Counted from the first letter of the stretch, positions 1 to 9,116 are shown. The stretch: 38,523 nucleotides of DNA from an uncultured Rhodobiaceae bacterium (GCA_937911445.1 CALDQY010000003.1:1-38523); one strand, 5' to 3'. A program made the numbers and translations. The notes: generated by a model from the sequence alone, not told the origin.

Positions 1-1510
1 ATCCTTCGTAGCCAATGAGTGCCTCTTCAAGCGTTTCTTTGGATTCCATATCCAAGTGGTTGGTCGGCTCGTCCATCAGCAACAGGTTGTTGTCTTCGAG
101 AAGGAGTTTGAGCAAGGCAACACGAGCACGCTCTCCACCAGAGAGTTGCTTGAGTTTGGTTCCAACTTGGTCGCTTGAAAACTGGAAGCGTCCAAGGGCA
201 GCACGAATGTCTCCGTATTGGTAATCTGGCCGCAACTTCTGAATTTGTTCAACAGGATTCAGCTCGAAGTCGAGTGTGGCGTGGTCTTGATGAAAATAAC
301 CGATGACAGTACCTGGTGAAACATCGATTTTCCCAGAATCGAGTTTCAATTCCTCATTGATGATTTTGAGCAAGGTCGTCTTTCCTTGGCCGTTTCCACC
401 AACGATTCCGATGCGATCGCCCTTGCGGACTTCGAGGGTTTGGTTGTCAAGAATAGGTCGCTCAAGTCCTTCGAAGGTCTTGGTTGCATCGACGAGCTCC
501 AGAACATCCATGCTTGCTTTATCGATGGCATCAAGTTTGAGAATCAATGGCTTTCGCTTCTTCGGAACGCGTGCTTTCAATGCCTTGAGTTCTTGTTGCA
601 TACGTGTGATCATCTTGTGCTTTGCAGAGATCGACTTGTCGTATTTGTTGGCTCGCTTCATTTGCTGTATGGCACCTGTCGTGGATTGAATCTTCTTTTC
701 GAGGTTACCAATTCGCTCATTGAGCGCTTGTTCACTGGCAACTTTCTGGACGATGAATTGACTGTAATTGCCTTTCCATGGCCATGCTCGAAGGTTATCT
801 ACTTCGACAATCCTGTTGCAAACTTGGTCGAGGAAATATCGATCGTGAGAAACAATCAATTGCGCTCCCTTGAAATCCTTAAGGAAGGCTTCCAACCATT
901 CTGTTGTTTGGATGTCAAGGTGGTTTGTCGGTTCGTCCAAGAACATCACATCGATTCCAGAAAGGCCAACAAGTTGACGGGCAAGAGCGAGCTTTGCTTT
1001 TTCTCCACCGGAGAGTTGGGAAACATGCATGTCCATTGGATGTTGGTCAAGACCAAGTCGTTCGAGAATACCCTTCGCAATTCCAGCAACGTTTCCACCT
1101 CCTGATGATGCAAGTGTTTGTTGAAGTTCAGAGTATCGCTCCATGACCGGTTCCCAATCGCCCTCGTAGAATGATGGATCAACCATTTGGGCTTCAATCG
1201 AAGCGATTTCATCCTCCAATTCTTGGAATTGCCGACCCTTTCGACCAAGTTCTCCTTCAATGGTTGAATCAGATTCAATATCACGAATTTGGGTCAGGTA
1301 AGCAATACGAATTCCTGGTGCAAATTCAATCTCTCCAACGTCTTGCTTTTGTTCGCTGATAGTGTTGAGTAGTGTGGTCTTTCCAGCACCGTTGTGGCCC
1401 ACAATTCCGATGCGATCTCCATCGTTGACAATGAGGTTGATGTCCTGTAGAACATCGGTTGGTCCGAAACTTCTGTCAACGCCTTCTACGGTAATGAGTT
1501 CACGAACCAT
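1..1510 (-). CDS. ABC-F family ATP-binding protein (two ABC domains, no membrane domain seen), 3' end truncated by window edge
   Basis: Not in the ORF track because it has no stop in the window. Manual translation from ATG at 1510: MVRELITVEGVDRSFGPTDVLQDINLIVNDGDRIGIVGHNGAGKTT...LSGGEKAKLALARQ...FLDEPTNHLD, then a second cassette GDRIGIVGGNGQGKTT...LSGGERARVALLKLLLEDNNLLLMDEPTNHLD. GGTGA SD at 1517-1521. Confidence 0.9.
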   Translation of the reverse strand, partial: MVRELITVEGVDRSFGPTDVLQDINLIVNDGDRIGIVGHNGAGKTTLLNTISEQKQDVGEIEFAPGIRIAYLTQIRDIESDSTIEGELGRKGRQFQELEDEIASIEAQMVDPSFYEGDWEPVMERYSELQQTLASSGGGNVAGIAKGILERLGLDQHPMDMHVSQLSGGEKAKLALARQLVGLSGIDVMFLDEPTNHLDIQTTEWLEAFLKDFKGAQLIVSHDRYFLDQVCNRIVEVDNLRAWPWKGNYSQFIVQKVASEQALNERIGNLEKKIQSTTGAIQQMKRANKYDKSISAKHKMITRMQQELKALKARVPKKRKPLILKLDAIDKASMDVLELVDATKTFEGLERPILDNQTLEVRKGDRIGIVGGNGQGKTTLLKIINEELKLDSGKIDVSPGTVIGYFHQDHATLDFELNPVEQIQKLRPDYQYGDIRAALGRFQFSSDQVGTKLKQLSGGERARVALLKLLLEDNNLLLMDEPTNHLDMESKETLEEALIGYEG

Positions 1511-1516
1511 GGTGGG

Positions 1517-1521
1517 TCACC
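1517..1521 (-). promoter_or_regulatory. Archaeal Shine-Dalgarno GGTGA (representative; similar sites precede starts at 8872, 9116, 18261, 30760)
   Basis: GGTGA or GAGGTG lies about 4-7 nt upstream of the ATG in several minus-strand genes. Confidence 0.6.
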
Positions 1522-1570
1522 AAACCGAGCCCATCGATGGGGCTTCAAAACCCAATCGGTTGAATTGGCT

Positions 1571-3481
1571 TCACTTGATGGCTGCAATGGATTCCTCATG
1601 GCGCGCCAAGAGGTTTCGCAACTTGACTTTCATTGACGGAGTCATGAGGTCGTTGTCCGTGGTCCATTCCTCATGATCGAGGATGATGGTTGCTGGAATC
1701 TCGTAACCTTTCCATGTTGGTGCTTGCATTGCATTGGCCTTCAACTCGGAGAGCATCCAGTCACGGGTCGATTGTCGAGCACAAATCTCCTCATCGCTTC
1801 CCGATGCGTCGACGCCAGCAGAGCTCAATGCAGCCTTCATGGCCTCAAGATTCGGGTGAACGATAAGATAGGTCTTGAGCATGTTTCGTCCATCGAGAGC
1901 AGCTTGCTCAACGAGTGGTGAAAGTTTGACGTTTTCTTCAAGTGGAGCAGGTGAAACGTACTTTCCATTCTCAAGTTTAAATTGGCTCTTGACACGGCCA
2001 GTAATGGAGAGATATCCATCTGCTGAGAGTTTACCGAGGTCACCTGTTCGGAACGTTCCTGGCTCCATGATGACTTCCTTGGTTGCCTCTTCGTTGTTCC
2101 AGTAACCGAGCATGACGTTCGGTCCAGTAACGATGATTTCGCCTTCATCAGGTCGGTCAGGATCGTCCCATGCATCGGTATCGATGGTGACCTTGACGCC
2201 GTTGGCAACTCGGCCAACGCATCGTAGTTTCGAAGTACCAGGTCCAGACCATCCGTTGGCAGCAACCAGTGGTGATGTTTCGGTCAATCCATAGCCTTCG
2301 TAACAACTGAATCCGACCATTTGGATGAATTCAGCAACGTCGGGAGAGAGTGCCGCTGCACCAGACATACAGAAACGGATGTTTCCACCGAATCGGGCAC
2401 GGACCTTGCTCCAAACGAGCTTGTCGTAGAGTTTGTCGAAGAAACCGCTTGCAGGTACTGCATCACATTCGACACCAGCCTTGGCGATTCGCTTTGCAGC
2501 GGATTTCTTGGCCTTACCAATGAGGACCTTCTTCAAACCGGTTGCAGCTTCGAACTGTGAGTTGACACGATCGTAGAACTTGTTCCATACACGAGGTACA
2601 GCAAGAAGGACTGCAGGCTTGATTTCGATACATTCGTCAGCAATCTTGGTTAAGTCAGAGATGAGGTTGATGTGGACACCACATCGAATCATCCAGTGCA
2701 AGTCGAAGGTACTACCAAAGGAGTGGGCCCATGGTAGGAACGCAGCATTCTTGTCACCGACGTAAATCTTGAAGGCAGATTGAACACAGAGGATGTTCGA
2801 GAGGGTGTTCCAATTTGTGAGCATGACACCCTTTGGATTTCCTGTTGTTCCCGATGTGTAAATGAGCGTGTTGAGTGCGAATGGGTCGTCAGCAACGTCG
2901 ATGGCTTCTTCACTCGCTCGTCCAGCGGCAACGAATTCTGCCCACTGATGGACGGTGACACCTTCAGGAGGAAGTTCGTTTGCTGGCTCGTCGCCAAGCA
3001 AGAGAACACCACAGCGTGGCCACTTTGATGCATCATCTGGCAGATTGGCAACGAGTTTGTCGAGAACCTCTGTATCTGCAACAGCAAGGAGTGCAGGCTC
3101 AGAATCGCCAAGGATGTAGGCCCATTCAGCACCATGCTGGTGTGTGTACATGGCAGTGTAAGCCGCACCGAGTGCGTTTGCTCCGTAAGAGAGCGCTGCC
3201 CATTCGACGGAATTGTTGAGAATCATGGCGACTCGATCGCCAGTGTTAACTCCAACATCGCGAAGTTGCTTACCAACTGCAGTTGCAAGGTCTCCAAACT
3301 CTTGGTAGGTCAAGTGGACACGAGGCATACCTGGCCCTGGAATGTAGCCAAAGCAAGGATGGCTGCTGAATCGTTCTGCGCTCGTCATAAGCATTTGGTA
3401 AAGCGTTCGGGGGTCGTCTCCCTCAGGCTTCTCCCACTGGCGGTCGTCAGGCTGTCGTTCCCACGCAAGTTGTTGTTGCAT
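1571..3481 (-). CDS. Long-chain fatty-acid--CoA ligase (AMP-binding family)
   Basis: IYTSGTTGNPKG AMP-binding motif, EGYGLTET, FRTGDLG, ITGRVK..FKLENGKYVSP, MTPSMKVK. Start placed at ATG 3481 (track uses GTG 3505). Confidence 0.9.
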   Translation of the reverse strand: MQQQLAWERQPDDRQWEKPEGDDPRTLYQMLMTSAERFSSHPCFGYIPGPGMPRVHLTYQEFGDLATAVGKQLRDVGVNTGDRVAMILNNSVEWAALSYGANALGAAYTAMYTHQHGAEWAYILGDSEPALLAVADTEVLDKLVANLPDDASKWPRCGVLLLGDEPANELPPEGVTVHQWAEFVAAGRASEEAIDVADDPFALNTLIYTSGTTGNPKGVMLTNWNTLSNILCVQSAFKIYVGDKNAAFLPWAHSFGSTFDLHWMIRCGVHINLISDLTKIADECIEIKPAVLLAVPRVWNKFYDRVNSQFEAATGLKKVLIGKAKKSAAKRIAKAGVECDAVPASGFFDKLYDKLVWSKVRARFGGNIRFCMSGAAALSPDVAEFIQMVGFSCYEGYGLTETSPLVAANGWSGPGTSKLRCVGRVANGVKVTIDTDAWDDPDRPDEGEIIVTGPNVMLGYWNNEEATKEVIMEPGTFRTGDLGKLSADGYLSITGRVKSQFKLENGKYVSPAPLEENVKLSPLVEQAALDGRNMLKTYLIVHPNLEAMKAALSSAGVDASGSDEEICARQSTRDWMLSELKANAMQAPTWKGYEIPATIILDHEEWTTDNDLMTPSMKVKLRNLLARHEESIAAIK

Positions 3482-3531
3482 AGCCTGCGGTGTGCATTGC
3501 CACACTTAATTTCATCCCCTACGACACATGG

Positions 3532-4263
3532 TCATGGAATTTTCGAAATTGCATTCGCCCTCCAGTCTGCGCCACCGTTTCGATTTGCAAGTGGGGAGGC
3601 TGGACTTGGATGCCACATTGCATCGATGTGAATGTCGGTGAGGACGGACTGAGCACGCTTCTTGGCGTAGTTACCAACACCTATGACCGTCTCGATGCCC
3701 ATAATCTCAACAACGGATTTCAGATGGCGGTCACAGGCTTTCAAAACCGGTTCGATGGTTGATTTTGGAAGATCAACAGGTGTCACATTTCGTCCAGTCT
3801 CACCTAGGATGAGGAGCGGGCAATGGTTGACAACAAAAATGTTGGAAAAAATGGCTTCGGTCGATCCGTAGTGGTCGGATAACATCGACCAGAATCGTGT
3901 GCCTGAGACTTCTTGACGTTCCATCGACAAACCCTCAATGGGACGTTTTGGATGGGCACCTGGGGGCGTTTGCACATCTCGTTCTTCGATTTGAAGAATG
4001 TCGCGTGCCATCGCAGTCGCCCCGAATGGGACACCGGTTTGCGCCATTCCATACGGCCCTGGATTCATTCCGAGCAACAGTGTCGTTGGACCAAACCCAC
4101 TCCATTTGTCGATGAATTGTTCGTGAAACTCCCATGCATAATCCAGTGGGTTCGTAACGTGTGCAACCGATTTGTGTTTGAGAATCCGATTCTTTCCTCG
4201 ATTGCAGGCCTCCGAAAGACGCAATGCAGCATCTTTCAGTTGTGCTGAAATGGATTCTACCAT
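3532..4263 (-). CDS. SMUG1-like (family 3) uracil-DNA glycosylase
   Basis: GMNPGPYGMAQTGVPFG, EVSGTRFW, NHCPL and HPSPASP match the SMUG1 family motifs. Confidence 0.9.
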   Translation of the reverse strand: MVESISAQLKDAALRLSEACNRGKNRILKHKSVAHVTNPLDYAWEFHEQFIDKWSGFGPTTLLLGMNPGPYGMAQTGVPFGATAMARDILQIEERDVQTPPGAHPKRPIEGLSMERQEVSGTRFWSMLSDHYGSTEAIFSNIFVVNHCPLLILGETGRNVTPVDLPKSTIEPVLKACDRHLKSVVEIMGIETVIGVGNYAKKRAQSVLTDIHIDAMWHPSPASPLANRNGGADWRANAISKIP

Positions 4264-4937
4264 GGAAGCTCTTCTCCTGTGTACTCAAAGAATCGTCCGG
4301 ACCTTTCAGCGGTTTGTTGTTGAATCAATCCAATGAGACCCTGGACAGAAACAGATGCAGGAACTGGTGCACGCTCACCGCCCATGTCGGTCTTTGCCCA
4401 ACCTGGGTGATACGATGTCACGGTTATCTTGTCTGATTGCCCCTCGACAGCGAGGATTTTTGTGATCATGTTCAGTCCAGTTTTGCTCGTTCGGTACGCA
4501 TAGGATCTTCCACTCATACAATCATCAATCGAGCCCATGAGGCTGGATATGTTGGCCACTTTCGTTGGTTTATCACCTTGGAGAAGCGGCCATAGGGCTT
4601 GTGAAACGCGAAGAGGGCCAATGGTGTTGACGTTGAGGACGTCGAGAGACAGTTCTGGATCGACCTCTTCCAAGGACTGCCATCGTCCGTCCATTCGTCC
4701 GGCATTGTTCACGAGCACATCGATGGATGAAACAGAAGATTTGACATTCTTTGCAAAGGTTTCAACCGATGTTGTCGAAGCGACATCGAGTTGATACACA
4801 ATCATCTGTTCATGGTGGAAATCCATTGCTTCAGGGTTTCTCACACCAGCGATGATTGTGTGCCCCTCAGCGAGCAGTTGTTTGGCAAATTCAAGCCCCA
4901 AGCCTCGGTTTGCTCCAGTGATGACCCATGTCGCCAT
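4257..4937 (-). CDS. Short-chain dehydrogenase/reductase (CsgA/C-factor-like)
   Basis: TGANRGLG Rossmann motif, NNAG, catalytic YRTSK (YxxxK), HPGWAKTDMGG. Overlaps the start of the UDG gene by 7 nt. Confidence 0.9.
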   Translation of the reverse strand: MATWVITGANRGLGLEFAKQLLAEGHTIIAGVRNPEAMDFHHEQMIVYQLDVASTTSVETFAKNVKSSVSSIDVLVNNAGRMDGRWQSLEEVDPELSLDVLNVNTIGPLRVSQALWPLLQGDKPTKVANISSLMGSIDDCMSGRSYAYRTSKTGLNMITKILAVEGQSDKITVTSYHPGWAKTDMGGERAPVPASVSVQGLIGLIQQQTAERSGRFFEYTGEELPW

Positions 4938-4968
4938 GACTCAAGGTTGTCGAGGAGATTCATTGAGG

Positions 4969-6726
4969 TTACTCGTCTGCAAAGACGGGCAAAATAGTGG
5001 AATCGAGTTGAAGTTTAGCCGACGCAAAGATCGAGTCAATGCTTGGGCGTTCCTCTTTGCGCTTCAATTTTGCACGGGCAGAAACGATGTTCCACGCTGC
5101 TTTTTTGCCGATGCCAGGAATGGCTTCGAACTGTTTTTCAGTTGCTGTATTGATGTCCAACCCAATCTCAACTCCCGTGATTGAACGAGCGCCATGTCCA
5201 GTGATCATGATGTTTGAAGAGGTTTCGAGCGGAATGTGATATGGAACGCCAATGAGGATAGGGTAAGCTCCGATTTGGCGACCAAAAGTGAGCCCCGCGC
5301 GTCCATGAACATGCTCACCCACGTGCTCTTCCGTGAGGTGGACTGGTAAGCGAGTCCGACCATCATGAGTCTCCCAATGCACGTCTTTGAGAATGTGACC
5401 AAGAGGGAAGAGTTCCTGAAGGAGCGGTGAATCAATCGTATCACGAACAGCCGATTTGAAACTCTTGAATTCTTTTTCTGGAATGTCTTGGAAACCTTCG
5501 CCTTCGACTTGACGAATGTTAATTCGCCGTAACAGTAAGCCTTCGTTACGTAAATCATGGAGAAGATTGAGATTCATCGAATATGTTTCCGTTCGCTCAC
5601 CGTTCAATCCCGCTATGAAATTCAATCCTGGGAGGAGTTTTGGAAGACCACGTTCTCCACGCTCTCTCCCGTATTGATTGATGAGGCGGAGAGCTGATTT
5701 GAGCTGATGTGCATCGCAATTGAGCCAATTTGCAGCATGTACATTCGGATCCGCAGACTCCAAACCAAACGACAAAACGGCTCCATCTGATAGTGTTTCA
5801 ACCAATGTCTTGGTGATTTCAGTGGAAGGTTCAATGTTTTCTGCGATGATGGATGGGTTTCCATTGTCGGTGTGAAGAATACCAAGTCGTTCGTCTTCAC
5901 GCAATCCATGAAGGAGTTTGGCAATGGGTTCTGGATTTGGAATTGGATACTCAAGATCTTTCACACCTTCAGCCATGTAGGTGTAGGTGTCGGTCATTCC
6001 ACCAAGCCGAACATGTTGAACACCAGAGTCATGCGCCAGTTTGACTTCTTGGATAATGTCCTCAGGTGTACGCCAAATGGGTATGCCTTTTTTTGGTTCA
6101 ATGCAAAACTTGCACCCACGTTTGAATCGGACGCATCCTTGGTAGACCTCGACTTCGTAGGTAAGAGGTCCACGTTTTTCTTCCGTTCCTAGATCAGGAT
6201 GCTGCAAAACCGCCTTGCTCTGTGCTCCTGAGTGTGCCCACGTTGTCCATTGTTCACTCGTTCGACGTTCGTGTTTCCATGTTCCAGTTTTGAGGAACCC
6301 ATGCAAGGTCGCATCCGTATCTTGGACAGCGAGGAAGAGATTTGAGCGGAGAGGGAGCCATCCCTGTTGTTTCCAACCACGAACGGCCCATCCACCGAAC
6401 AATGCAGGAATCTCCCGGGGCAAGGATCGAATCAATTCAGTTGATTCTCTGCGGGAAATGGGTGTTCCACGAATGTATCGGCCTGGAACAACAGCACCAG
6501 CAATGCAGACAAATCCTTCCAAATCTCGAAGGTGTTGCTCTCGTTCTTGTTCAGAATACAACCTCCACTGATCGATGGTCACGTACGTGTAGTCGATCGA
6601 GTGCTGTTCGAGAACGCCACAAACGTATCGAATATGGAATCCTACGTAAGGTGGTACGCCAAAAGCAGCAGGTTCGTCCTCGTACCCATCAAGAACGAGC
6701 CAAGAAGGAGAATCGTTCTCTACCAT
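4969..6726 (-). CDS. Radical SAM protein with C-terminal helix-hairpin-helix (archaeal COG1031 type)
   Basis: N-terminal LDGYEDEPAAFGVPPY, Cys motif CVRFKRGCKFC, LRRINIRQV, GRQIGAYPILIG, C-terminal INTATEKQFEAIPGIGKKAA (HhH). Confidence 0.85.
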   Translation of the reverse strand: MVENDSPSWLVLDGYEDEPAAFGVPPYVGFHIRYVCGVLEQHSIDYTYVTIDQWRLYSEQEREQHLRDLEGFVCIAGAVVPGRYIRGTPISRRESTELIRSLPREIPALFGGWAVRGWKQQGWLPLRSNLFLAVQDTDATLHGFLKTGTWKHERRTSEQWTTWAHSGAQSKAVLQHPDLGTEEKRGPLTYEVEVYQGCVRFKRGCKFCIEPKKGIPIWRTPEDIIQEVKLAHDSGVQHVRLGGMTDTYTYMAEGVKDLEYPIPNPEPIAKLLHGLREDERLGILHTDNGNPSIIAENIEPSTEITKTLVETLSDGAVLSFGLESADPNVHAANWLNCDAHQLKSALRLINQYGRERGERGLPKLLPGLNFIAGLNGERTETYSMNLNLLHDLRNEGLLLRRINIRQVEGEGFQDIPEKEFKSFKSAVRDTIDSPLLQELFPLGHILKDVHWETHDGRTRLPVHLTEEHVGEHVHGRAGLTFGRQIGAYPILIGVPYHIPLETSSNIMITGHGARSITGVEIGLDINTATEKQFEAIPGIGKKAAWNIVSARAKLKRKEERPSIDSIFASAKLQLDSTILPVFADE

Positions 6727-6802
6727 GATGACCGTCTTGACTTCCGCTTGATAGCCTTATGTCCCCAGATTCCGTGGACTAGGCTGATTTGTGAGAATGA
6801 GA

Positions 6803-8155
6803 TCATCGGCGTTGCTTCTTCCGCTTCTCTTCAGCGATGGCCTTGAGTTCTCGAGCGGATTTTCCGCCCTGCCCCTTCTTCTTGCCACCTGCTTGCGAGA
6901 TGTCGACCTTCAATCGTCGACCGTTGAGTTCCTGTCCATTAAGGGCCTTAACGACGTCCTCGCCCTTGTCTTTCTCATCGATGAAGACAAACGCAAATCC
7001 TTTCGGTTTTCCTCCTTTATCGGTGGCAATAGCGATTTCTGTGATGGTGGCCTTGTCGCCAAAGAATGCTGTGATGGCTTTCTCGTCTGCATCGAATGGA
7101 AGGTTGCCGACGTAGAGTTTGAGCCCTTTTGCCGGACCTTTCGAACGCTTCTCCTTATTGTCTGCATCACGAACACCGATTCGGCGTCCATGAAGACGGT
7201 GACCATCAAGTTCATTGATGGCAGCATCCGCATGTGCCTTGTCTGTGTACGTCACAAATCCAAATCCTCTTGAGGCACCAGAATCATCGGTCATGACAAT
7301 GCAATCGGTCATCTCGCCATGCTTACCAAAGAGTTCTCGGAGTTTTTCAGTGTCAACCTCACGAGGCAGGCCACCGACAAAGAGACGACAACCAGGAGCA
7401 GCCTTTCGTCCACGTCCTCCTCCACCTCCTTGACCTTCAAATCGGAAGTAGGTACGTTCACGTCCATCTTCTCGAACGTCAGCAGCGATGTAGGTTGCCC
7501 GGCCGGACGATCCTTTGGCAAAGAGTTGCTCTGCGTCTTTGCCCCAACGCTTTCCAGATAGATTCAGAGTTGAAGCGCCTTGTTCGAGTTCTGCCCAGCC
7601 AGCACCGAAGTTGTCTGCGAGTGCACGGTAGCCTTCGTATGTACAACTTGGACAAGCAACGTTCCAGTCTCCATTGACATGGGCTTGCAGTGTATCACCA
7701 CACGATGGACAAATCGCGTGGAGTACGCCGCAATCGTCGCGCTCACGGAAGTCGAGCCGAACCACAGGTTCAATTTCGGTCACAACCGCTCGTGCAACAT
7801 CTCGTCGACGGACGGCATCAGCAACGGTGTGAAGGAATCGGTCGACAATTCGAGTCACGTGAAAGTGACCTTGGAGTTGATGTGGCAATACGTCGCCCTG
7901 TTTCCCTTCAACAACAAGGATTCGGGCTTCTCCCCCTTTTTCTTGCAGTTTCTCGAATTGGCAAAGAACCGTATCTCCAATTTCGATGTTGACGATGGAT
8001 TTTGATGCATCAACAATAACGTGGCCATCATCGATTCGCACGTATCCTGTCGTTGTTGCAACGATTCGGTTGTCAACTGTCGTCGTTCCTTCGCCGGCTT
8101 GATGTTCGCCAACGGTTCCAATCTCTGTTCCTGGGGTGACGAGGCTCGTCGTCAT
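6803..8155 (-). CDS. csl4: Exosome RNA-binding cap subunit Csl4 fused to two C-terminal RRM domains
   Basis: Csl4 N-domain (LVTPGTEIG..AGEGT), S1 domain (IGDTV..HVTRI..D.V.A.V), Zn ribbon CPSC-x15-CPSC..R.LA. Then RRM1 (LFVGGL / RGFGFVTY) and RRM2 (LYVGNL / KGFAFVFI). Lies downstream of METTL5, a typical archaeal csl4 context. Start placed at ATG 8155. Confidence 0.85.
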   Translation of the reverse strand: MTTSLVTPGTEIGTVGEHQAGEGTTTVDNRIVATTTGYVRIDDGHVIVDASKSIVNIEIGDTVLCQFEKLQEKGGEARILVVEGKQGDVLPHQLQGHFHVTRIVDRFLHTVADAVRRRDVARAVVTEIEPVVRLDFRERDDCGVLHAICPSCGDTLQAHVNGDWNVACPSCTYEGYRALADNFGAGWAELEQGASTLNLSGKRWGKDAEQLFAKGSSGRATYIAADVREDGRERTYFRFEGQGGGGGRGRKAAPGCRLFVGGLPREVDTEKLRELFGKHGEMTDCIVMTDDSGASRGFGFVTYTDKAHADAAINELDGHRLHGRRIGVRDADNKEKRSKGPAKGLKLYVGNLPFDADEKAITAFFGDKATITEIAIATDKGGKPKGFAFVFIDEKDKGEDVVKALNGQELNGRRLKVDISQAGGKKKGQGGKSARELKAIAEEKRKKQRR

Positions 8156-8251
8156 AATTTCAACTCGCTGCACAAGCCACCGACGCAGCGGTAACGTGTG
8201 CTGATTTGATGCGAGCGCTGCTCCCTTTTCAACCCCTCACATGGGTTTGCA

Positions 8252-8872
8252 TCAATTCTTCTTCGCAAGACGATAGCATCGAATTCGAGTAGAGGACTTG
8301 TTTTTCGTGTGATGTGCATAGGCCGCTGGTAGCCGGAAATCGTCCTGATAGATCGAATGAAGCTCATACCCGTTTTCGTGTGCGAGTGGCAACAAATGCT
8401 CAGCATCGATGCTGTGTATGAAGTGAATGAGGGGAATCTTCATCGAAAAGAGGGTCTCGAAAAATGCCCTATCCGCTCGTGGGGTTTGGACGCCCCACGG
8501 CGGATTCATGATCGCCATGTCAACAGGTTTGTCAAGTTCGATTGGATGTCCATTCACTCGACTGTTGATGACGGTACAGATGGACTCGCCTTCAACCTCT
8601 CGAACATTGTGTTGAAGTACGTCAAGGGTGGGTGCATCGCACTCGACCATGGTCACATGTTTCGCTCCTAGAAAGGCAGCACCGATTCCAAGAACACCGT
8701 TTCCGGCTCCCAAATCAAGAACGTGTTTGTCAGTAAATCCGTCACCAAGATCAATCTTGGTAAGCCAAGCAGCCGCAAGGTTTCCCTCCGTTGGGTATTG
8801 TTCAAGTTCAACGGATTGACACGGGTGAGGCTCAAGCGATGAGAGTCGCATCGCCAGATGCCGTTGACGCAT
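8252..8872 (-). CDS. METTL5-family (COG2263) N6-adenine RNA methyltransferase
   Basis: LEQYPT, VLDLGAGNGVLGIG (motif I), MNPPWG (motif IV), AYAHH tail. ATG 8872 preceded by GGTGA overlapping the upstream stop. Confidence 0.88.
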   Translation of the reverse strand: MRQRHLAMRLSSLEPHPCQSVELEQYPTEGNLAAAWLTKIDLGDGFTDKHVLDLGAGNGVLGIGAAFLGAKHVTMVECDAPTLDVLQHNVREVEGESICTVINSRVNGHPIELDKPVDMAIMNPPWGVQTPRADRAFFETLFSMKIPLIHFIHSIDAEHLLPLAHENGYELHSIYQDDFRLPAAYAHHTKNKSSTRIRCYRLAKKN

Positions 8873-8876
8873 GCAT

Positions 8877-9116
8877 TCACCAACGACGTTGCTGTCCAAA
8901 TTGCTGGTTGAATTGCTGCTGTTGTTGCATTTGCGCGTTGAATTGGGCTTGTTGCATGGCCTGTTGGTTGCTCATCATGAGTGCAATTTGACGAATCTGT
9001 TCAGCTTCCATGCGAAGGCGCTGAATCAATTGTTCACCTGGTTGCTGATTGCCACAAAACCGGCAGAATCGCATTCCATCGTTCAAAGATTGTCCGCACG
9101 TCACGCAGAATGCCAT
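8877..9116 (-). CDS. Small zinc-ribbon protein with Gln-rich C-terminus
   Basis: MAFCVTCG-x7-RFCRFCG zinc ribbon, GGTGA SD at 9121-9125, tail MSNQQAMQQAQFNAQMQQQQQFNQQFGQQRRW. Confidence 0.8.
   Translation of the reverse strand: MAFCVTCGQSLNDGMRFCRFCGNQQPGEQLIQRLRMEAEQIRQIALMMSNQQAMQQAQFNAQMQQQQQFNQQFGQQRRW

Noticed and set aside
386-1105. 239-aa plus-strand ORF (and 303-689)
   Set aside because: Antisense shadow of the ABC-F gene; no motifs.
1530-1541. Perfect 12-bp palindrome CCCATCGATGGG upstream of ABC-F
   Set aside because: Could be an operator, but ATCGAT-centred palindromes are frequent in this sequence (a similar one lies inside a CDS near 10180), so there is no independent support.
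8895-8970. TGC/TGT trinucleotide-like repeats
   Set aside because: These encode the Gln-rich tail; not a CRISPR array or DNA-level repeat.
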